The notes: generated from the sequence alone by a model not told the origin. 64,000 nt of DNA from Actinomycetes bacterium (GCA_030614255.1 JAUWKI010000002.1:4449-68448); one strand, 5' to 3'. Counted from the stretch's first letter, positions 41,358 through 50,976 are shown. Program-made: numbers and translations.

Positions 41358-41538
41358 ATTGTATTTTAAAACGGTGTCTTTAACCCTTTTAAATAGATTA
41401 TCGGTTGATATAGAAATCCACTCCCATAAAGCGGTTAATAGATAATAGTAATTCCGTTTAACTTCCACATTACTTTTATCCTTTTAACTGTCAGCCATCA
41501 GCAAATTAAAAAATAAAAGTGAAAAAAGAAAAACTACC

Positions 41539-41587
41539 TACCTGCCAACAGGTACAATAGACACAGTATAGAAAAATTTAAAATGGA
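41539..41587 (-). repeat. Dispersed element R2 copy b (TACCTG-TTGG-CAGGTA hairpin plus TATAGAAAAATTTAAAATGGA) in the tilS upstream region
   Basis: Its 21-mer is identical to the one at 5851-5871. Confidence 0.6.
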
Positions 41588-41687
41588 AATTTCTTTAAGG
41601 TAATGCTCATCATAAAATCAACATCTATTTCTCGGGTAAACTATGCTTGGAAATCATTTTTATTTTTTCATTATCGTTTTACATTCT

Positions 41688-41748
41688 TCATTTTTCATTT
41701 TTTCGTAAGACCAGGCAACCCTGTACCAGGTATCTGGCATTTAACTTC
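41688..41748 (-). repeat. Dispersed ~60 bp element R1 copy 1 (TTTTCGTAAGACCAGGCAACCCTGTACCAGGTATCTGGCATTTAACTT)
   Basis: About 90% identical to 51971-52036. Contains a CCAG-ATAC-CTGG mini-hairpin. Lies downstream of the amidase gene and upstream of tilS. Confidence 0.6.
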
Positions 41749-41759
41749 ACTCTATATCC

Positions 41760-42851
41760 TTACTTAAGGTATTTAACTATCCCGTTAAACAACCCCCGAG
41801 CCGCTTTATTCTGGAACGATTCGTCATTTAAGAGGGTATCTTCTTCGGGGTTGCTCAAAAAACAAATCTCAGACAGAACAACTGGAACCTGCGACCAATT
41901 AAAGCCCGTAATATCTCCTCTTGCAATTATTCCTTTATTTGCCCGCCCGCAAGCGATGACCATCTCCCGCTGAATAAGTTGAGCAGCTTTCCGGCTTTCA
42001 TCGTATATAGACCCACACCATTCATTTCTGGAAGGATAAAGAGTCATGATACCATTTGATGAAGTGCTTGAACTGCCATTACAATGAATTCGGACAAACA
42101 AGTCGGCCTTTGCCTCGTTGGCAATTTGAGCTCTTTCAGAGTTACTAATGTTTACATCGTTAGTAGTCCGAACCATCACAACCTTAATCCCTTCACTTTC
42201 AAGCATTTTCTTCAATTTTAACCCTATCTGTAAAACTATCTCATATTCGGGAGTTCTTGAATTTACTCCGGTTCCTCCTCCTCTGCATCTCTCTTTCGTT
42301 GTGGTAGAACCCGGTCCGATAGATTCTGGAGAGTTATCTGCATGCCCCTGATGACCTGGGTCTATACAGACTATAAACTCAAACGATGTTACCTTTAAGT
42401 CCTCAAAATCTTCGGAGTCCTCCTCGAATGCCTCAGGGGTAGCTTCCCCAAGCCCTTCGGAAAGATCAGTTTCAACATCTGTTGGAACTTCCTTAGCAGA
42501 TGTTCTCTCTGCCCCTTTGCTCACCGATATGACGATTAACTTGCCTCTTTTTACTCGACTTCCTGAGTCAGGTTTTTGAGAAATAACAGTTCCCTCGGGT
42601 AAATCGCTGAATTTTTCTGAAACTTCAAGATCAAACCCACTTTGGGAAACCAGACCTTTTGCTTCTTCTAAATTTTTTCCAACCAAATTCGGGACGACCT
42701 CGGAAACAATAACGTTTGTATAGATATAATAAAAACCAAGAATCAAAAGTATCAGTAGAAAGAAAACGCTGAGAAGTCCCCGCTTTCGGCGTTTTCTGTA
42801 AATTACGATGCCGTGTTTTAGTTTAACTTTTGGAGTAAAATTTCGCTTCAC
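41760..42851 (-). CDS. Membrane-anchored PASTA-domain / N-acetylmuramoyl-L-alanine amidase (Amidase_3) fusion protein
   Basis: N-terminal TM segment, then a PASTA-like domain (VPNLVGKNLEEAKGLVSQSGFDLEV), then a C-terminal amidase_3 core (CIDPGHQGH...NGSSS...). Confidence 0.7.
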   Translation of the reverse strand: MKRNFTPKVKLKHGIVIYRKRRKRGLLSVFFLLILLILGFYYIYTNVIVSEVVPNLVGKNLEEAKGLVSQSGFDLEVSEKFSDLPEGTVISQKPDSGSRVKRGKLIVISVSKGAERTSAKEVPTDVETDLSEGLGEATPEAFEEDSEDFEDLKVTSFEFIVCIDPGHQGHADNSPESIGPGSTTTKERCRGGGTGVNSRTPEYEIVLQIGLKLKKMLESEGIKVVMVRTTNDVNISNSERAQIANEAKADLFVRIHCNGSSSTSSNGIMTLYPSRNEWCGSIYDESRKAAQLIQREMVIACGRANKGIIARGDITGFNWSQVPVVLSEICFLSNPEEDTLLNDESFQNKAARGLFNGIVKYLK

Positions 42852-42860
42852 GCGAACCCC

Positions 42861-43463
42861 TTAAGTATTCCACCGCCTATAAAGATTGTGTTCTAAGCCA
42901 AGCACATCATAGACCCGGCCAACTACAAAACAGACCAAATCGTCAATGCTTCCCGGCCGATGATAAAAACCCGGCACAGCTGGAACAATAAAGGCACCAG
43001 CTCTGTGTAGAGAAAGCATATTTTTCAAATGAATTTCATTTAACGGAGTCTCCCTTGGCACAACAACCAGGGGACGTCTCTCTTTTAAAGTTACATCTGC
43101 CGCTCTCTCTAAAAGATTTGACGACATACCGGATTTAACCGCCGCCAATGTTGCCATAGAGCAAGGAACGATAATCATGCCATCAACTTTGTAAGAACCA
43201 CTGCAAATAGACGAATTTAAATCAGAAATCTCAATATATTCAAGACACTCATTTGCAGAATCGAGCCCAATCCACTCTCTTAGTTGCTTCTGCGCCTCTT
43301 CCCGTTTTCCTTCTAATTTAAAATCAAGCTCATGCGCCATAATACTCTTTGCCGCATCTGTAATAAGAAGCTTTACCTCGTGGTCGCCCAATAAAAGCTC
43401 TCTTAAAAGACACTCAGCATAGACAACCCCGCTTGCCCCGGTTATCCCCACAATAAATCTCAA
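42861..43463 (-). CDS. ubiX: Flavin prenyltransferase UbiX-type (prenyl-FMN synthase)
   Basis: 200 aa. MRFIVGITGASGVVYA flavoprotein sequence. Partner of the UbiD-like decarboxylase. Confidence 0.9.
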   Translation of the reverse strand: MRFIVGITGASGVVYAECLLRELLLGDHEVKLLITDAAKSIMAHELDFKLEGKREEAQKQLREWIGLDSANECLEYIEISDLNSSICSGSYKVDGMIIVPCSMATLAAVKSGMSSNLLERAADVTLKERRPLVVVPRETPLNEIHLKNMLSLHRAGAFIVPAVPGFYHRPGSIDDLVCFVVGRVYDVLGLEHNLYRRWNT

Positions 43464-44296
43464 ATCGCCACCCCTTTAACCATAAAATCCAGCAAAGTAA
43501 AGACAAATATAACGATGCTTATCCCCCCATTCATTACAAAGAAAGCGTCGTTGAGCTTGGAAAGATCATCCGGCGACACCAGTCTGTTCTCATATAAAAG
43601 AAGGAGAGATACAATCACCAGACCAAAAAAGTAAGTTAAACCAAGGTTCGCCAAGATTCCAACCAATAGGAGTATTCCAACTGAAAATAGATGAAAAACC
43701 CCCGCGGTTCTGAGAGCTTTTTCTATCCCAAACTCCGCCGGAATTGAATAAATATTTTGCTCCCTATCGATTCGAACATCCTGGCAAGCATAAATGACAT
43801 CAAAACCCGCCACCCAAAAACAGACAGCAGCTCCCAGTAGAATAGCTGCTAAGGAAACAGAATTTTCTATCGCAATCCATGCTCCAACCGGCGCAAGTCC
43901 CAGGCATATGCCCAAAAAAAGGTGGCAGAACCAGGTGAATCTTTTCGTATAGGAATAGATTGCGAGAGGTAAAACAAAAAAGGGCCAAAGCCAACGACAA
44001 AGTGGAGCCAAACTATAAACGGCGATAAGAAAAACAACCAGTGAAATTAAACTAAAGATTACAACATCTTTCTCCGACAACAACTTCTTCGGTAAAGCCC
44101 TGTTTCTAGTGCGCGGATTTTTTTCGTCTATTTCTTTGTCAATTAACCGATTTAAACTCATAGCAAGATTTCTTGCTCCCACCATAGCCATCGTTATCCA
44201 AAAAAATTGCCAAAAAGTAGGAACTCCTTTGGCCGCCAAGATTACTCCCATATAGGCAAATGGAAGAGCAAAAATTGAGTGTTCAAATTTTATCAT
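43460..44296 (-). CDS. UbiA-family polyprenyltransferase (MqnP-like in futalosine context)
   Basis: Multi-pass membrane protein with a UbiA-like DxxxD region. Start called at MIKFEHSIFALPFAY. Confidence 0.75.
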   Translation of the reverse strand: MIKFEHSIFALPFAYMGVILAAKGVPTFWQFFWITMAMVGARNLAMSLNRLIDKEIDEKNPRTRNRALPKKLLSEKDVVIFSLISLVVFLIAVYSLAPLCRWLWPFFVLPLAIYSYTKRFTWFCHLFLGICLGLAPVGAWIAIENSVSLAAILLGAAVCFWVAGFDVIYACQDVRIDREQNIYSIPAEFGIEKALRTAGVFHLFSVGILLLVGILANLGLTYFFGLVIVSLLLLYENRLVSPDDLSKLNDAFFVMNGGISIVIFVFTLLDFMVKGVAI

Positions 44297-44315
44297 CTTA
44301 AAAATGATAGCAATC

Positions 44316-45770
44316 TTATTCAATATTATAGTTTGACCACCTATCATCAACCAACCTCTTTGTTTTATCATCCATTACGATATCGTTTGGCCACTCTCTG
44401 GGATATCCTTCTTCCTTCCATTTCTTTGTGGCATCAATGCCAATCTTTGACCCATAACACGAAGTGTTTGAAGAGTGATCTAAAACATCCAAGGGCCCCT
44501 TGATAAAGACCATGTCTCTTTTGGGATCAACGTTATTGAACACCTTCCAGGCAACTTCGGAGCAATCATGAACATTCACATTTTCATCTACCACCACAAT
44601 CATCTTCGAAAACATCATTTGACCCATGCCCCATATAGCATTCATGATCTTATTAGCATGCAAAGGATAACTCTTGTTGATTGAGACAACCACGCAGTTA
44701 TGAAAAACTCCCTCAAACGGCAGATTGATGTCAACTATTTCAGGATACATCAGCTGAATTAAGGGAAGAAATATTCGTTCCGTGGCTTTGCCGAAATAAC
44801 AATCTTCCATTGGAGGCCGACCCACTATGGTTGCGGGATAAATTGGATTTTTCCTATGAGTAATACATTGAATATGAAAAACAGGATATTCATCGGCAAG
44901 AGAATAATAACCGGTATGGTCCCCAAAGGGACCTTCTCTGCGAAGCTCGTTCAAATCTACATACCCTTCCAAAATAATTTCCGCGCAAGCCGGAACCTTT
45001 AAGTCTACGGTCTTACACTTAACAATGTTCACAGGCTCCTTCCGGAGAAATCCGGAAAATATCAGCTCGTTAATCCCTTTTGGAAGCGGCGCGGTAGCCG
45101 AATAAATAGTTGCCGGGTCTGCTCCTAGAGCAACTGCGACCTCAAACTTATCCTTGCCCTCAATGGCCTTGCGGTAATTTTCCGCACCATCATGATGAGT
45201 ATGCCAATGCATCCCGGTTGTTTTTTTATCGAAAACCTGCATCCGATACATGCCTATATTTTGCTGACCCGTTACAGGGTCCTTTGTTATAACCAGCGGA
45301 AGAGTGATAAATTTTCCGGCATCACCGGGCCAACATTTGAGAATGGGGAAATCATCCAAGCTAAAATTCTCGGTTAAAACCACTTCCTGGCAAGGTGCTT
45401 TTTTAACAAGTTTTGGCGCATAGTTCGCAAAATCTTTAAGTTTTATAAGTGTGCTCAGTTTCTCAATTAAATTTCCGGGAAGATTGGCGGCTACTATTTT
45501 TCTTATCTGATTGGCAATTTCATCGAGATTATCTACCCCCAAAGACCAGCTCATGCGGTCAAAAGAACCGAAGGCATTGATAAGAACAGGGAGATTAGAA
45601 CCTTTAACATTTTCAAATAAAAGAGCAGGACCATTTTTCTTCGATATCCTATCAGTTATTTCAGTTATTTCTAAAACTGGGTCTACCTCGGTCCTTATCC
45701 TCTTTAGCTCGCCTTTTTCTTCGAGAAACTCAATAAATTCTCTTAAGTCTTTAAACGTCAAACAACTCAC
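44316..45770 (-). CDS. UbiD-family decarboxylase (MqnL-like)
   Basis: 484 aa UbiD-fold sequence adjacent to ubiX and the UbiA-like gene. Confidence 0.85.
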   Translation of the reverse strand: MSCLTFKDLREFIEFLEEKGELKRIRTEVDPVLEITEITDRISKKNGPALLFENVKGSNLPVLINAFGSFDRMSWSLGVDNLDEIANQIRKIVAANLPGNLIEKLSTLIKLKDFANYAPKLVKKAPCQEVVLTENFSLDDFPILKCWPGDAGKFITLPLVITKDPVTGQQNIGMYRMQVFDKKTTGMHWHTHHDGAENYRKAIEGKDKFEVAVALGADPATIYSATAPLPKGINELIFSGFLRKEPVNIVKCKTVDLKVPACAEIILEGYVDLNELRREGPFGDHTGYYSLADEYPVFHIQCITHRKNPIYPATIVGRPPMEDCYFGKATERIFLPLIQLMYPEIVDINLPFEGVFHNCVVVSINKSYPLHANKIMNAIWGMGQMMFSKMIVVVDENVNVHDCSEVAWKVFNNVDPKRDMVFIKGPLDVLDHSSNTSCYGSKIGIDATKKWKEEGYPREWPNDIVMDDKTKRLVDDRWSNYNIE

Positions 45771-45845
45771 CTCAAATTAAATAATAACTAAATACCCTAT
45801 GATATAATATCACCTGTTAATCAACTTTGGCAAAGCGAGGGAAAA

Positions 45846-46940
45846 GTGCAAGAAGCAACTGAGGAATCGGCTTTAATTAATATCCGAGAAAAAGTTCTGC
45901 ATGACAAGCGTCTCACAAAAGAAGATGGGATAACTCTTATCAACTGTAACAATATATTGTTTTTAGGAAACCTCGCAAGAAACATAAAAAATAAAAAAAC
46001 GACCGATTACGTCTACTTTAACGTAAACCGCCATATAAATCTCACAAACATTTGCATATCACGCTGCAAGTTTTGTGCCTTCAGTTGTAACAAAGATGAC
46101 TCTGACGCTTATACAATGACAGTCGATGAGGCGGTAAAGACCGCTCTTGAGTCGCCGAAGAATATGACGGAGCTTCATATTGTGAGCGGACTGCATCCGG
46201 ATAAACCATTCGACTACTATGTAAGCGTCGTGAAGGCTTTAAAGAAAGAGCTGCCAAATATCCACATTAAAGCATTTACGGCAGTAGAAATCGATTACTT
46301 CTCGAAAATTTCGAGCTTAAGTACAAAAGAGGTCATTCAGATCTTAAAAGATGCAGGGGTTAGTTCTCTACCTGGTGGAGGAGCCGAGATTTTTAATACT
46401 GAGGTGAGAGGAAAGGTGTGTCCAAGAAAAGCTACCACCAAAGAATGGCTTGACGTTGTTCGTACCGCTCATAAACTCGGCCTCAAATCCAACGCAACCA
46501 TGCTTTATGGTCATATTGAAACCCTTGAGGACAGAATAGACCACCTTATAAAAGTAAGAGAGCTTCAGGACGAAACAGGCGGCTTCCAAACTTTCATACC
46601 CCTTCCCTTCCATTCGGACAATACAGAGCTCTCTTATATTAAAAAACCAACAGCCGTTGAGAACCTCAAAATGATAGCAATATCTAGATTAATGCTTGAT
46701 AATTTCGACCATATAAAAGCTTACTGGATAATGATTGGACCCAAGGTCGCTCAGTTATCTCTTGATTTTGGCGCCGATGACATCGATGGAACCATAACCG
46801 AAGAAAAAATCACACATGCCGCAGGAGCTCAGACTGACAAATTCATCGAGAAAAACGAACTGATAAAGATGATAAAAGAGATGGGAAGAGTCCCGGTTGA
46901 AAGAGATACGCTTTATAATGTTGTAAGATTGTATGAATAA
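45846..46940 (+). CDS. Radical SAM menaquinone-biosynthesis enzyme of the MqnC/MqnE family (paralog 1)
   Basis: CxxxCxxC (CISRCKFC) radical SAM cluster motif and a TIM-barrel radical SAM core. 45% identical in spots to the paralog at 47928. Confidence 0.8.
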   Translation: MQEATEESALINIREKVLHDKRLTKEDGITLINCNNILFLGNLARNIKNKKTTDYVYFNVNRHINLTNICISRCKFCAFSCNKDDSDAYTMTVDEAVKTALESPKNMTELHIVSGLHPDKPFDYYVSVVKALKKELPNIHIKAFTAVEIDYFSKISSLSTKEVIQILKDAGVSSLPGGGAEIFNTEVRGKVCPRKATTKEWLDVVRTAHKLGLKSNATMLYGHIETLEDRIDHLIKVRELQDETGGFQTFIPLPFHSDNTELSYIKKPTAVENLKMIAISRLMLDNFDHIKAYWIMIGPKVAQLSLDFGADDIDGTITEEKITHAAGAQTDKFIEKNELIKMIKEMGRVPVERDTLYNVVRLYE

Positions 46941-46953
46941 ATAGCTGATGTTT

Positions 46954-47015
46954 GCCCGCCTCCCCGCCTGCCTACGCCTATGATGCCGTTAGGCATTGGC
47001 GGGCAGGTGGCGGAG
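46954..47015. terminator. Extended GC-rich inverted repeat (GCCCGCCTCCCCGCCTGCC ... GGCGGGCAGGTGGCGGAG) downstream of the radical SAM gene
   Basis: Member of the CCCGCC/GGCGGG hairpin family, with an inner GCCTA/TAGGC hairpin. Confidence 0.5.
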
Positions 47016-47033
47016 TTTATGACTAAAATAGTT

Positions 47034-47110
47034 ATTGGTCATTGGTTCTTGGTTATTAGCTGGGGGCTGAAGACTGGAAGCTGGAAGCTGCGCTATCGAC
47101 TAATTGGGGT
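47034..47110. repeat. Eleven phased heptamers upstream of mqnA (ATTGGTC ATTGGTT CTTGGTT ATTAGCT GGGGGCT GAAGACT GGAAGCT GGAAGCT GCGCTAT CGACTAA TTGGGGT)
   Basis: Direct reading. The TTGGTCA unit equals cyanobacterial STRR2. Confidence 0.8.
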
Positions 47111-47116
47111 GTAAAA

Positions 47117-47941
47117 ATGAGACCGAAAGTAGGACATATACAATTTTTAAACTGTTTCCCACTCTATCACGGATTGGTGACTAACAACGGACTTCTGGGG
47201 ATAGAATTAATTAAGGGTACTCCAACTGAGCTCAATAAAATGCTTGTTCAAGACGAGCTCGATGTGAGCCCTATTTCGGCAATGGAATACGGCCGTCACA
47301 GTAATAAACTTTATCTGTTACCTAATCTGACCGTAAGTTCAGATGACGAAGTAAAAAGTATTCTTCTAATAAGCAAGGTTCCACCAAATGAGTTAAATGA
47401 GAAGAAGGTCGCTTTAACAAATACCTCAGCTACCTCACAAGTGTTGGTACAAATAATTTTGAAAGATAAATATGGGGTAACTCCTGAGTATTTCCCTTGC
47501 CCGCCTGACCTGCCCCAGATGTTTCTCGAAGCAGACGCTGCTCTCCTAATCGGAGACGATGCGCTAAGAGCCCTATATAATCCCCAGGGTTTTCACATTA
47601 TCGACCTTGGTCAAGAGTGGAAAAATCTAACTGGCCAAAAAATGGTCTATGCAGTTTGGTGCGCAAGGAAAAAATTTGCTAAAGAAAATCCACACCTTTT
47701 AAAAGAAGTCTATGACACCCTTCAAAAATCCATGGAGTATAGTTTAAAAAACGTCGACGAAATATCCTTGGCCGCCTCGAAATGGGAGATATTTACCGCT
47801 GACTTTTTGAAGGATTATTTCCTTTCATTAAACTTTACTTTCGATGAGAATTATCAAGCAGGGCTTAAATGTTTCTTTAACAAAGCAAAAGAGCACGGAT
47901 TCTTAAAGAAGGTGCCGGAACTCAAGTTTGTGGAGGTATAG
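47117..47941 (+). CDS. mqnA: Chorismate dehydratase MqnA-like (futalosine pathway)
   Basis: 274 aa MqnA/MqnD-fold protein. N-terminus MRPKVGHIQFLNCFPLY. Confidence 0.75.
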   Translation: MRPKVGHIQFLNCFPLYHGLVTNNGLLGIELIKGTPTELNKMLVQDELDVSPISAMEYGRHSNKLYLLPNLTVSSDDEVKSILLISKVPPNELNEKKVALTNTSATSQVLVQIILKDKYGVTPEYFPCPPDLPQMFLEADAALLIGDDALRALYNPQGFHIIDLGQEWKNLTGQKMVYAVWCARKKFAKENPHLLKEVYDTLQKSMEYSLKNVDEISLAASKWEIFTADFLKDYFLSLNFTFDENYQAGLKCFFNKAKEHGFLKKVPELKFVEV

Positions 47942-49013
47942 ATTGAAAGCAACGGAGAATATTTTAAAAAAATCTCTTTCTGGAAAAAGAATTACAGAAA
48001 ACAAGGCACTCACCCTATTGAAAGAAGGCAAGCTAATTCAATTGGGAGAAGCTGCAAACGAATTGCGCAAAAAATTTCACCACGAAGGCATTGTCACATT
48101 TGTCATCGATAGAAACATAAATTACACCAACATATGCGAGAGTAAATGTAAGTTCTGCGCCTTCTATAGAGAAAAAACTGACCCGGACGCTTACGTTCTC
48201 GACAAAGATGAAATATTTTCAAAGATAGATGAGGCATTAGAGCTAGGCGGAACTCAAATTATGCTACAAGGAGGGCTTAACCCCGACTTAAAAATAGACT
48301 ATTACACAGATTTGCTTTCAGCTATAAAATCAAATTACAAGATACACATCCACTCCTTTTCCCCCCCGGAAATTGCTCACATCTCTAAAAACTCAGGACT
48401 TTCACTAAGAGAAACTCTTTCGGAGTTAAAGAAAGCGGGGCTTGATTCTTTACCCGGTGGAGGTGCCGAGATCTTAGTTGACCACATTAGACATCAGATA
48501 AGCCCAAACAAAATCGGAGCCGAACTCTGGCTTAAGGTTATGGAAGAAGCTCACAACGTTGGTCTTCGAGCAACCGCAACCATGATGATGGGAAGTTTGG
48601 AAACATTGGAGGAAAGAATCTCTCATCTCTCCAAATTAAGAGCTCTGCAAGATAAAACAGGAGTTTTCAGGGCCTTTATCCCCTGGACATTTCAACCCGG
48701 GCACACAGAACTAGGTGGGGAGAAAACAACGGGGGTTGAATATCTAAAAATGCTTAGCGTCTCGAGGATATTTTTAGATAATTTTGAGCATGTGCAGGGT
48801 TCATGGCTTACCCAGGGCAAAAAAATTGGGCAAATTGCTCTTCATTTCGGGGCAAACGACTTGGGAAGCATAATGATAGAGGAAAATGTCGTCGCCTCAA
48901 CAGGCGTCTGTTACAAGATGTCAAAGGACCAGATAATCAATATGATTAATAAAGCGGGTTTTATCCCGGCCCAAAGAAACACCAAATATGAAATTTTAGA
49001 AACCTTTAGTTAA
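47928..49013 (+). CDS. Radical SAM MqnC/MqnE family enzyme (paralog 2)
   Basis: CxxxCxxC (CESKCKFC). Colinear with paralog 1. Confidence 0.8.
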   Translation: MWRYRLKATENILKKSLSGKRITENKALTLLKEGKLIQLGEAANELRKKFHHEGIVTFVIDRNINYTNICESKCKFCAFYREKTDPDAYVLDKDEIFSKIDEALELGGTQIMLQGGLNPDLKIDYYTDLLSAIKSNYKIHIHSFSPPEIAHISKNSGLSLRETLSELKKAGLDSLPGGGAEILVDHIRHQISPNKIGAELWLKVMEEAHNVGLRATATMMMGSLETLEERISHLSKLRALQDKTGVFRAFIPWTFQPGHTELGGEKTTGVEYLKMLSVSRIFLDNFEHVQGSWLTQGKKIGQIALHFGANDLGSIMIEENVVASTGVCYKMSKDQIINMINKAGFIPAQRNTKYEILETFS

Positions 49014-49122
49014 TTGTAAGTCCGTGTTCACTTAATCAATGCTTCTAAGTTAAAAATTTACACTTGGACTTCTGCGAAAAATAAAAAACTTTTACTTTCA
49101 ACAAAGAACAGGCAGAAGCACC

Positions 49123-49956
49123 TTAAGCAATAAAATCCTCGCGGTAAGTTTTAAATATTTTCTTTTCATATCCCATTTTTAGCAAATATTTGATGGCCTC
49201 AATTCCTTCTTCCCCAAGGTCTATACTAAACCGGTTTACATAAAGCTCTATATGTTGTTTAATAACATCGTCCTCAAGCTCCTGCGCATATTCTTTTATA
49301 TACTCCATTGATTCTTCTCGATGTAGAAATGCATATTCAACGCTTTTTTTAATACAGGAATCAATTCTTCCGATAGTTTCTTTTCCCAAGCTCCTTTTGG
49401 CAAAAATTCCTCCAAGCGGGATGGGCAATCCCGTTGTCTCCTCCCACCAGTTACCAAGGTCAATCACCTTAAATAAACCCTCTTTTTTGTAGGTAAATCG
49501 ACCTTCGTGGATTATGACTCCGGCATCAACAATTCCTTCTTTTATGGCAGGCATTATCTTCTCAAAACCCATCTCTACTAAATTTTTACATTGGTTATTG
49601 TATAGTTTAAAAAGCATAGCAGCAGTTGTATGCTTTCCAGGTATAGCTATTTTTTTATCAGTGAGTTCTTCTGGCGCAAAAGGATGATGGGAAACAAGCA
49701 GCGGCCCACAACCTCGACCAAGAGCACTTCCGCTCCTAAGAAGTACATAATCGTTTACAAGATGGCCAAATGCCTGGTATGAAAGCTTGGTAACGTCGAA
49801 TTTACAATTAAAAGCAGCTTTATTTAACGTTTCAACATCAGCAAGAGTTTCGACAAAATTTAACTCACAATCATTTACCTTTTTCTTCATTAGCGGGTAA
49901 AAGATAAATGTATCGTTTGGACAAGTAGAAAAACCAATTGTGATGGGTTTCATCAA
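49123..49956 (-). CDS. mqnD: 1,4-dihydroxy-6-naphthoate synthase MqnD-like
   Basis: 277 aa MqnA/MqnD-fold protein. N-terminus MMKPITIGFSTCPNDTFIFYPL. Confidence 0.75.
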   Translation of the reverse strand: MMKPITIGFSTCPNDTFIFYPLMKKKVNDCELNFVETLADVETLNKAAFNCKFDVTKLSYQAFGHLVNDYVLLRSGSALGRGCGPLLVSHHPFAPEELTDKKIAIPGKHTTAAMLFKLYNNQCKNLVEMGFEKIMPAIKEGIVDAGVIIHEGRFTYKKEGLFKVIDLGNWWEETTGLPIPLGGIFAKRSLGKETIGRIDSCIKKSVEYAFLHREESMEYIKEYAQELEDDVIKQHIELYVNRFSIDLGEEGIEAIKYLLKMGYEKKIFKTYREDFIA

Positions 49957-50594
49957 AACACCTCAGGTAAAAGTTTTTTTAAAACCCTTGTGCCTTTATC
50001 TATCGCCTCATTTAATTTCCATTTTGACTTGTCACGATCTTCAACCATATTACTTACGCATCGAAGCTCAATCATAGGCACACGGTAAAGTTCACAAATA
50101 CGGGCTACGGCTGCGCCCTCCATATTTTCACAAATAGCGCCAAATTTATCCCGCAAGAAATTTCCTCTTTGAAGTGTTCCACTGCAAGAATTTACAGTAA
50201 CGAAGTTGCCAATTTTGTAGGGTATTTTAAGAACATTTAACTTGTTTTCAACTTTATCAAGCAAGTTGTTTCTTAAATTAAAGATGCGCTTGTTCTTCAG
50301 GGCATCATCGGTAAAATATTCCACCTCATTGCCCATTGCAACCCCAAGGTCACCAAAGTACTCCTTTTCAGCGAGGCATATGTCGAGAATATCTACACCC
50401 GTGTTTGAATATGCTCCCCCGACACCAAACAAAATCAGACCTTCCACTTCTCTTTCTGCAAATAATCTTGCGAGCGAAATCGCACTTTCCACCATTCCAA
50501 CGTTAGTGGTAAGAAAGTTGAAATCCCTCTCAAGCTCTTTGCTCTTTCTTAATTGGCCTATCTCTATCTCCGTAGAACTTACAATAAGATACAT
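49953..50594 (-). CDS. mqnB: Futalosine hydrolase MqnB (MTA/SAH-nucleosidase fold)
   Basis: 213 aa PNP/UDP-phosphorylase-like nucleosidase sequence overlapping mqnD. Confidence 0.75.
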   Translation of the reverse strand: MYLIVSSTEIEIGQLRKSKELERDFNFLTTNVGMVESAISLARLFAEREVEGLILFGVGGAYSNTGVDILDICLAEKEYFGDLGVAMGNEVEYFTDDALKNKRIFNLRNNLLDKVENKLNVLKIPYKIGNFVTVNSCSGTLQRGNFLRDKFGAICENMEGAAVARICELYRVPMIELRCVSNMVEDRDKSKWKLNEAIDKGTRVLKKLLPEVF

Positions 50595-50689
50595 ATAATG
50601 GCATTAAACTCCAGTTTGTTATTTGCGTCAATCCTTCTATGCTTTTGTTTGCCACTAAACTTTACTATAAGATTCGAGCTTCAGCATAG

Positions 50690-50780
50690 GTTTTCAGAAG
50701 AACAAAAGAAATTTAACCCAGCGAGTTTTATCCTCGCCAGAAGAAACACCAAATATAAAATCCTGGAGACTCTCAGTTAG
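50690..50780 (+). pseudogene. 3'-terminal fragment of a MqnC/E-like gene (relic duplication)
   Basis: 50719-50780 aligns at about 75% nucleotide identity with 48952-49013. The peptide ...ASFILARRNTKYKILETLS* matches the paralog-2 C-terminus ...AGFIPAQRNTKYEILETFS*. No radical SAM core precedes it. Confidence 0.5.
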
Positions 50781-50976
50781 TAAGTAAACTACCACCGGCC
50801 ACAGGGCTGGTGGCTTTCCTACCCCCGATGCAGGCGATATCATTGCTATAAGGGACCTTTTGGGATTAATTATTCACTGGGAAGAGAAAACCGAGTAAAA
50901 AAACAGAGTCATCGTTGCAGGGACCCTAAGATACACTGAGCTCAAACCGCACCTATAATTACCCAACCGGTTATCC

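Noticed and set aside
41700-41745. Sigma-54 promoter (TGGCAC-N5-TTGC) inside repeat R1
   Set aside because: Both copies have only 9 nt between the GG and GC dinucleotides instead of the obligatory 10, so it does not fit the strict sigma-54 spacing.
41688-41748. Tiny ORF downstream of R1 (MKNEECKTIMKK / VENENHKEVLSIVDACVEKLKSY)
   Set aside because: No Shine-Dalgarno sequence, different lengths and a different start codon in the two copies. Likely coincidental in an A-rich tract.
41647-41973. 108 aa plus-strand ORF, and the similar ORF at 51968-52216, beginning in the R1 repeats
   Set aside because: The two R1 copies are read in different frames by these ORFs, so the conservation is at DNA level, not protein level. 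The ORFs also overlap real minus-strand genes.
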